Source of the DNA: Amphiscolops sp. MND2022
Taxonomy: Eukaryota
Direction of reading: 5' to 3'
NCBI GenBank assembly: GCA_964187785.1
Contig: OZ076409.1
Location: 86,306,001-86,370,000 of the forward strand
Length of the DNA: 64,000 nucleotides
A program made the position numbers and the translations under genes. Positions 39,001 to 48,000 of the stretch are shown here, piece after piece. Positions within the stretch are counted from its first letter, which is position 1. Each line of letters opens with the position of its first letter. Below the pieces are notes generated by a model. It saw nothing but the letters and a program-made list of their open reading frames with translations, ran no database searches and was not told where the DNA came from.

Positions 39001-42000
39001 TGTTATTGTTGGTTGGGAAATTCCTATTGTACTCAGAATGTGTGTTTTGTGGTCGTGCATTGAAGTTATACGGGCTATTTGGCCTATTTCCAGTATAGGG
39101 GGTATTGTTTCGCAAATTAGTATTAGTAGGAGTCGGTCTACTACCTGAAGAGTGATTGTTGATGCTGTTGAAGTTGTTGAAGTTGTTCGGCTGTTGAGGG
39201 TTATTTCGGTTCCAGTTATCATTTCGATTGTTTCCCTCGTTAGGTCTGCCTTTTTTGGAGTTTTGGTTAGACTGTTGGTTATTCCTCTGATTATTAGTGA
39301 AGTTCGGTCTTAGTGAGGGCTGATAAGTTTGTTGTGACCCAAATCCGGGTCCCTTCAGTTTGTTGTAGTCGTTAGTGAAGGTGACCTTCTTCTCTTCATT
39401 AGCTCTTGATTGTGCTCTCTTGGCTTCGTCATCATAGATCTTTTTGCGGCAATATTGAAGTGTATGACCATTTCTTTGGCAATATTTACAAAATCGTGTG
39501 ATATTTTGGCGGGACATATTATTTACGTCTACTGCAGAAATGTGATAGTCGTGACAGTGGGAGGGTAAGCATCCGTAAGATAAAGGATTAGCTACAGCTA
39601 AAGAACTGACTTGTTCTTCTTTTAGCATATTCTTCATTGCATTTATGTCTTCTCGTAGTTCATTTATCAAAGTTTTTTGATTTTGTGAGGAATTCGGGGC
39701 TAACTGTGAGCTGATAGTAAAAACAAGGTCTTTATTAGTTACGTGTTCCTGAAATTGTTCCCAAGTAGCGTTGGGGTGTTCAATTAAGTATTGGTGAGCC
39801 TTGTTCTTGAGTTCGTTTGGCGTTAGTCCTCTGACTGCAAATTCAATATACTTTTGTCTTCTTTGGGCATTCAGTGCAGCTCTGGCTGCGTTGTCCGCAT
39901 TTTCTTCACCTGGCGATCCTCTATCGACAGCTCGTTTCACTCGGTGAAAGAAGTTCTTTATTATTTCTTCATTTCCACTGACACTGTTTTCTGCAGTTAT
40001 TCTACATCTGTATTTATCTCTATTGTCGGAAAAACGGGTTAGAAAATGTGTTCTGATATGCTGCCAATCGTGTCCGTCTTCTATGTTATCTCTGTACCAT
40101 TCGGCGGCAGGTCCTCTTAGGAGAGATGAAAAAAGTGCCTTTTTTCGGAACAAGTATCTTGCTCGTTCGTCATCATTGTCGGGTTCATAGCCCATCGAGA
40201 AGTTGATTTTATTCTCAACAGTTGTGAGAAATGATCTAAAATTTTGTTCAGGATCGTTTCCTGAGAATTTGTCTATTGCGAGGTCGGGAAATGAAACTGT
40301 ATTATCCGCCATTCTTCTCTTTTCCTTGTATGTGCCTCACTGGTCGCACCAGTTTGTAAAGGTTCGTGTTGGTTTAGGAAAATTAGTTTTCTGCGATTCT
40401 TAGTCAGTTGTGCTTAGGAGTTAGCTTGCGACTATGCCTTCCTAAACCTTCACAAAAGTTGTCTCTAGGTCTTCCGAGTTCGCAGGAAAGATTTGTTTCG
40501 AGAGAAGAGTTTAATTTTATGAAAAGAATTTAAGTTAGTTTGAGTATTATATTCAACAATGTTCGTTTTCACACAATATGCAAGAATATAATACAAACAG
40601 AATAATATAATCATCCAAATTGACACAAATATCCACTCAATAATATCTGAATTGTTTAACAGTCACCAAAAACAAATTTGTCAATGTATTAAGGTAGCAA
40701 TAATCAGGCAAGTTGTTTAAATACTGTAAAAATTGGAATTTTGGAGTCCTATAACGTCCAACAATTTGTTAGGACAAAGAATATTAAATTTTTGGTCTGT
40801 TCAGACCTTTTTATGTCTTAGTATTCTCAACAAGAATGTGAGATTTGCTAAGTCTGTTGGCAACGGTATAACAGGTTTTTCAAAAATTCTAGCTTATAGG
40901 AAGCTGAAGAGTTTAAATTGTTAAGTTTTAACTTATATGACCAGCAATAGCTAAGTCGAAGAGAAGATTGTCTAACGTCAAGACTTTGAAGAAGTCTTGC
41001 AAGTCTAGGTAAAGTAAAGTCTTATTAACCAGCGTTTAGCTAGGTTTTGTGTTTGACAGGCTTGCCAATAGCTGCTTGAACATAAGGTTCTTTGCAGTGT
41101 TCTAAGAGTTTAACCTATTGCAATGGACTAGCAGGTTTGCTAAGTCGAAAAAGAGACAAGATTGTCTAACGTCAAGACTTTGAAGAAGTCTTGCAAGTCT
41201 AGGTAAAGTAAAGTCTTATTAACCAGCGTTTAGCTAGGTTTTGTGTTTGGACAGGCTTGCCAATAGCTGCTTGAACATAAGGTTCTTTGCAGTGTTCTAA
41301 GAGTTTAACCTATTGCAATGGACTAGCAGGTTTGCTAAGTCGAAAAAGAGACAAGAATGTCTAACGTCAAGACTTTGAAGAAGTCTTGCAAGTCTAGGTA
41401 AAGTAGAGTCTTATTAACCAGCGTTTAGCTAGGTTTTGTGTTTGGACAGGCTTGCCAATAGCTGCTTGAACATAAGGTTCAGTGCAGTGCTTTAAGAGTT
41501 TAACTTATGTTGTGACTAGCAGTGGCTAAATCAAAAGGAGACAAGATTGTCTAACTTCAAGACTTTGAGGAAGTCTTGTGAGTCTAAGTAAAGAAAAATT
41601 CCTATTCAACCAGCGTATAGCTAGGTTGCTTTTTGTACAGAATTGTCAGAGAGTTCGAACTTAAGGTCCGGCTAAAGTAAGTTAAGAGATTGCATGTGTT
41701 TTAGTTTTGAATTTTAATTTAAGTTAAGATATAAATTAACTTTAACTAGCATTTGCTAGGTCTTGACGCGATAGCGTACTTTAGAGATAAGATAAGTCTC
41801 AATCGAGAATCTGGAATATTTGGAGCGTTTAGCTCAAGATAGAACTCCCTATGATTGCATAGGAGAACCTTGTTGGTTAACTTTTTGTTCAGTCGAATGA
41901 CTGCGAATTTGTTGTCACGAAGACAAGATTAAAGCAAAAAGGAAGAAATTTTGACTTGTGAATTTTGTTATTTTCTTAGTTTAAGAAAATAACTTACCTG

Positions 42001-45000
42001 AAAAGTGAAGTGAGTGGAGTTTTGAAGATTTATTTATTTTTGAGAGGAGGAGAGTGACGGGTTTGCTTTTGTTTTAGAGGTGAAAAACTGTGAGAAGCGA
42101 ATGATCGTCTTTAGAAATGTTGGCCCTTTTATACAAATCAAAAGGCACGTGCAACCAATCGCAATGATCGGTGCATTTTATTGGATACGAATAAATAACG
42201 TCACATTTTCGGTCCTTGTTCGGGATTAACTTCGGGACCAGGCACGGCCGAATACAAGTCGGCAAGGATTGCATCAGCTAGTCATTTAACTCGGCTAGCC
42301 GAGTTGGCTGATGCAATTTTTGTTTATGTCTGGGGAATTAGTCCTTTCAAGTGGGGACTTTTGGTCTCGCTTGAATAATCTTTTGTTCTCAAATTGAGAG
42401 GCTACGGCAGCACAAGTGGCGCCTATTGTTCTCTTCTCAGAGATATTTGCTCGCACAAGTGGCGTCGCATATTGTTATTTTCGAAAGAATAAAAGAGAAA
42501 TATTTGCACAAGTGGCAAGCGTCTCTTTTGTAAAGGGGAATTTGTTCTTTCAAATGACGCGCAGTTGTGAATTTGTTTACTTCTAAACTTCTTTCAAGCG
42601 TGCCTTGAAAATTGAAAGAATGCGAAAAATGATTTACGGAAAATGAATAATTTTATTCTAGCTCCGATGAAATAATTTTATATAAATGTTTTAATATTAA
42701 ACTGAAGAAAAAGATGTGTTAAACACAACAGCAGAAGAGTCATTTACTCGCAAAACCGACTAAACGACAATTCAAGTGTAGTTTAGAGAGGTCGAGTTGC
42801 AATCAAAAATTCTTCAAGCGTTTTTTTACTGTCAAATGATAAGTTTGAAGTTCGGAGCGTTGATAGGTGAAAAATTGATTTTTGAAATTGTTTCCAAAAA
42901 ATTTTGGCTATAAAAAGTTCAATAGACTAGGAACATTTGCATTACTTCAAAATACGACAAGAATAGCCGAATTTTTTTTAAAAAAATCCATAAATCGATA
43001 TCAATATCGTCAGTGACGAATGAAGGAACTACGCCATGAACTCACGTTTATAGATTAAGGGAGACGTGAGTATAGTGCTTTGTTTGGGGAACGCAAAAGA
43101 AACAAACATCCAACCGTAAAATTGTACTAAACGTGTATTTCTAGCTACAGCAATTTAAAAAATACTGGTTATAATAAGTGAATTGTTGGTAGTATACCGT
43201 AGGAGAACAATCGAATAACTATATCAATTTAATCACTCTACAGAAAACCTGAAGTCGAAAACCTGGAGAACAAGTCGAGAACAGCCCAAAGTCGGCGCTA
43301 AAGAATGAACAATATTTTGATTTCGGCTCTTCCAAAAAGGCACTTGATACGCTGGATCATTCGACTCTTAGAAAAACTAGAACAATACGGCTACAGAGGA
43401 CCGTTACATGAAATTATTAAAAGTTATCTCAGTGATCGGTAGCAACATGTAAGCATAATGGGAAATTGTACTGACAATAAACAAATCCTCTCAAGTTTTT
43501 CCCAGGGTTCAATGCTTGGACCTTTTTTACTTGCTGTACATTATTGATCTTGATTCTTGTTTTAAAATGGCGAAAGTAAATAACAATGTTTGCGGATAAC
43601 AGGACATTGATCAACGCTGTGAGAAAAACCTCTGGCAATACAGGGGGACACAGATGCTTTTTCGGACTAATTAGTCGCTAATAAGTTAACTGTTAATGAA
43701 GATAAGTGTGAACTGGTGTTTTCTGGATCCGAAAATCCGAAGCCTTCAAAAACAAAAACAAGGAGGAAACGGCATATCTAAGGCGCAAAAATTGCCAGAA
43801 GATTCAAAGTGTCAAGTATTCTCATTTACAGTCCCGGAAAACTCAAAAGTTGGACCGAACTGGCGCTCTAACAGGCGAGATCCTTTGGGATTTTCCAACA
43901 CCCATTCTGTCGCGAAACATCGAAAATTTAAAAGGGGACCCTTGGAGAAAAAAATCAAAAAAATCACAATTCCAAAACAAAACTGAAAAGGTATTAGTCT
44001 TTCCTTTTAGTCTCGCCCGGTGTTGTATTTTAAAGGGAGAAACATTTATAAGTCGGTTCCTTGTGCTTACATTCCAGTTTCGTAGAACTTTGTAGAACTA
44101 TTTTGTTCAGTTCGCTGATATTTTGTGGATTGAAAAAGTCACTATTCTAGTAGCGTTTCACTTCATGGAGCGGCCACTAAATATCCAACAAAACTACAAA
44201 ACATCCGGTAAGTGTTTAGGCGTTCATCTTGACAAATGGCTACAGGTCAATCAGCACGTCAATTACGTCGTAAAAAGCTAGGAAAATTTTGTTGCTTAAT
44301 ATACAGTTGGCGCCATCTGTATCCACGCAAGTATCTGCTTTAATTCTACCACTCGTTTGCGAAAAGGATATTAAGTTATGGCTTTCTATTCTACGGTTCA
44401 GCGGCTAAAACAAGTATGGAAATGGTTGAAAGAGTGCAGGATCGAAAAATGAGAGCAAACTTTTTCAATACTAACTTGGATCCTATCACTGACATTCTAC
44501 TCGACAACGGAAATCATACTGTATTCGAACTGTATCTTGTGAATTGCTGAAGGAACTTCTACGGCAATCACGCCAGGAAGCCTCTATGCAATTTTTGGCT
44601 GAAACCCAAAACATCTCATCTTCAACAAGGAATCACGCTAAAGGTCTTCTCCAACAAAGGACTAGTCTAAAGGCTATTTTCTGTCCGACTAAAGACACCA
44701 ATTGTTTTTCATTTAGAAACCTTGTATGACGTGTCTTTTCCACCCGTCCGGCACAGTTGTGGGCGTGGGTCAGTCCAGTGGCAGGTTCATAGTGCTCAAT
44801 TCTTATAGTGGCGTGCATGTGACGTCATTTCACGTGGCCAGCGAGCAGATAGATGTGGCCAAAATGTCCCCCGATGGATCCCTTCTGGCCATTGGGTGTC
44901 ACGACAGAAATATACATCTGTTCGAAGTCCAAGACAATGGACTATCATATAGGCGAATGGGATCTTTATCAGTAAGTATATAATCTTGACCCAATAGAAG

Positions 45001-48000
45001 TTTCACTTCTGATTAGCTTTGTGTCCATTTTTGCCACTTAATATAAACGTCCACATTGAAATTGGCGCAGTACTATATCTACAACTACGAAAAATTTCAC
45101 AGAAAAAAAAACTAAAAATATATATCATTTCTATCTATCAACACACGATCGCTATTGCCAACAAAATGTAACTCGCCATTCAAGAAAATATGTTGAAACA
45201 ATCGCCTGGTCAAAAATAGTTCTCCTTTTTAAAAAAAACTCCAGCCCACTCAGAATTTTTTAAATGAGCGAATGATTGTGAATCAACATGCAAACCGTGT
45301 AGTACGATAATTTATTTTATCTGGGAGTCATTTACAGTCAGTAATGAAAATATGCATTACAGAAAACAACTCCCAAAAAGACCTCTCAAAAGCACTTAGG
45401 TTTTTCAGGGGGAACCTTCAAGTAAAAAAAAATTTTTTGCTTCGAGACATATGTTTGGTGTTTCTTGAGTATAAATGTTCAAGGTAAACATAGGTATAAT
45501 ATTTAAGCTTTAATTAAAACAATGCTTTGCCAAAAAAAAGTTAACGGAAAAGTTTCTAACCCATTTTGTATCATAATTCTGTCACTGTAAAGTAATACCA
45601 TATCATGGAATGGAGGTAATAATACGGATATATAATCATAACTGTACATCAACTGTACATAACTGTAGATGAAAATACAAGTAAGACGAATATTTAACGG
45701 AAAGTAAAAAAGACTGAGTTAACTAGAGTAAATCCATCTTCCTTCAATCTAAAGTCAACATTCTCAGAATGTTGAAAATTTGAACTCGTGCTATTCTTGA
45801 TGATTGGCAGCCGAGTCCTTGGAGATAAACACTAATTGAGACACTTGTTTGCAAACAGTTGTACTGTTGAAAATTCCGGAGGGCCATTTTTTGCTTAATT
45901 CGCAAGTAGGAAGCCACCCAAAAGGTGATGTTTGTCTCAGAATTGACAGTTTATAAAGCATCAATTTTCTCAAGCTTCTACATTCGGCTTCTGAAAACCT
46001 ACTTTCTACGGACCATCAATTTACAAAATTTAGTTTTCAATTTGGTTCACAAAAATCTTCTTGTATTTTCGAAACCAAAAATATCTTTATGATCATTTTC
46101 ATTTCTAGTTTGACCACTTGGAGTGATTCCTGCTCAATGCTAAAAGCAGGCCTTCAAAATAATTTCGAAGTTGTCAAGTGAATTGAGAAACAGAAAGCGC
46201 TAAGTTTTTTCGAGCTCTCAATGTATTCGTCAACAGCTTTTTTGAAAATTCTTTGAAAGTTACATTTAGGCTTGTCAATCATTCAAATTTGAAAATTCTT
46301 CATTTACTAAAACAGCGTTCTTACATCAAAAAAGATTGAAATGGAATGTATTTCTAACCGAGCAGCTATGTAAAACTTTTTTGAAGGTCGAATCTAACGT
46401 TAGTTGAAGCTGTAATAAGAGTCCTATTCCGAGTGATTGACATTTCACTGCTTTGTTAACAAATGATGCAATTTTGACTATGATGTAATTTTTGTTCGTT
46501 CCTTTTTCAAGTTCAGCTACAATGTAAAGGTGCACTGTTATTACACTGTTATCGAGTAACCTACTAACGCAAAAAGCCAAGGACCGCCTGTCTTTGGAGC
46601 TCTGACCAAGATATATCGTCACGTGATCGTCTGATTATAGTCACGTGTGTTTGTTTTCAGGGTCACAACAGTTTCATCATTCAGATCGACTGGTCAGACG
46701 ACAACACGTTCATTCAGAGTGTATCTGCCAATTACAACCTCCTGTTTTGTATGTAAAACCATCTGCTATCACGTCAGTGCTGAAATGACGTCATGAATGT
46801 ATAGGCTAAACATGTCTCTGTGGTTTCAGGGAACATTTCAGCCATGAGGTCTGAGACAGCCAAAAATACCAAAGACATCAGCTGGTCTACACATACTTCG
46901 GTGCTCGGATTCAATGTTGCTGGTAGGGGCTTCATTTTTCTCTTGAGAAAAATAGGATTGAAAGTTTGATTAATGCTGCGCAATTCATCCCAAGTGTTGG
47001 GCTTCAGTTCAGTTTCTGTCTCATTACCGAAAAACTTAGACATTCCGCTGGTTTACAAAGGAATTTTTGTTGTGGATGTTATTACTGTTTTATTTTCACA
47101 TCTGATTTTTTTCATAAAAAGTTGCACCAACACTGCGTTCATAACTCAAGAACTTGAAAATATTGATCAGAAACTTTTGGGTAACAAGACGCCCGCTGGG
47201 TAGTGAGATATTTTTCGCCATCGTAAAATTTTACCAAAATTTTCACAAACAAGGATATTTTGTGACTCCTGTTGAGAAAAATTGGTTTCCGAGCCTCAAG
47301 CGTATTTCTTGGGGTAAATTTTGGCACTGAGAAAATGGTAAAAGCTTGAAACTTGGTCCTTTGCAAGTTTAGGAAACTTGGGTGGTCCCAGTTTGTTATA
47401 TTATTGCTCATAGTTTCACCAGAAATAATTTCGACAATATTGGGGTAAATTTGAGGAACTTTTCTGACGTGAATATACAGATGTCTCTTCGAAAATAAGC
47501 CAACTGGACACCGAGTTCAGTTGTTGTTGAATGTTTACACCATTTTAACCTACGAAGTAGCTCGAAAAATTTTCCTTTGGAAGGTGTACTCCTTATCTAG
47601 TGATTTTGCTTGGAGTGTTTTGAATACTAAATATTTGACCAAAAAGATCAAAATTTAAGTTTTCAAGTTCAGTTTTTGAAAAAATCAGCATAAACTTGTC
47701 TAATAGTTTTTCGAAACACTACCGGTAGCGACACGTTTCAATAAGGAACCTAGTGGGTTTCTGATTAGAGTAAATTTTCGAAAAGGGTCTAAAATTGGGA
47801 CTACGTTGTCGAACACAGTGCAAATTCGGACGTTTTGACACTTTTTTTTATCCCAAATTGGGTTTTGAACACCCTATTGTTTCAACGCTCAGGTCAATGG
47901 AAATTCTATTCCCCAAAAACGTTCCTGGTTTGAACGAAAATTGGATTTACTTTGTCGAAAAACCTTCTGTTTTGTCGTTTCATGGATTTTGGGGTTTTTT

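Larger units (their letters stand above)
15747..42730 (-). mobile_element. Giant env-bearing Gypsy-like LTR retroelement (endogenous retrovirus-like) with accessory genes
   Basis: TG..CA LTRs 15747-17933 and 40355-42730; 4-bp TSD GCAG (15743-15746, 42731-42734); PBS at 40336-40351; gag, PR-RT-RH-IN order, envelope-like ORF and extra ORFs all on the - strand. Confidence 0.95.
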
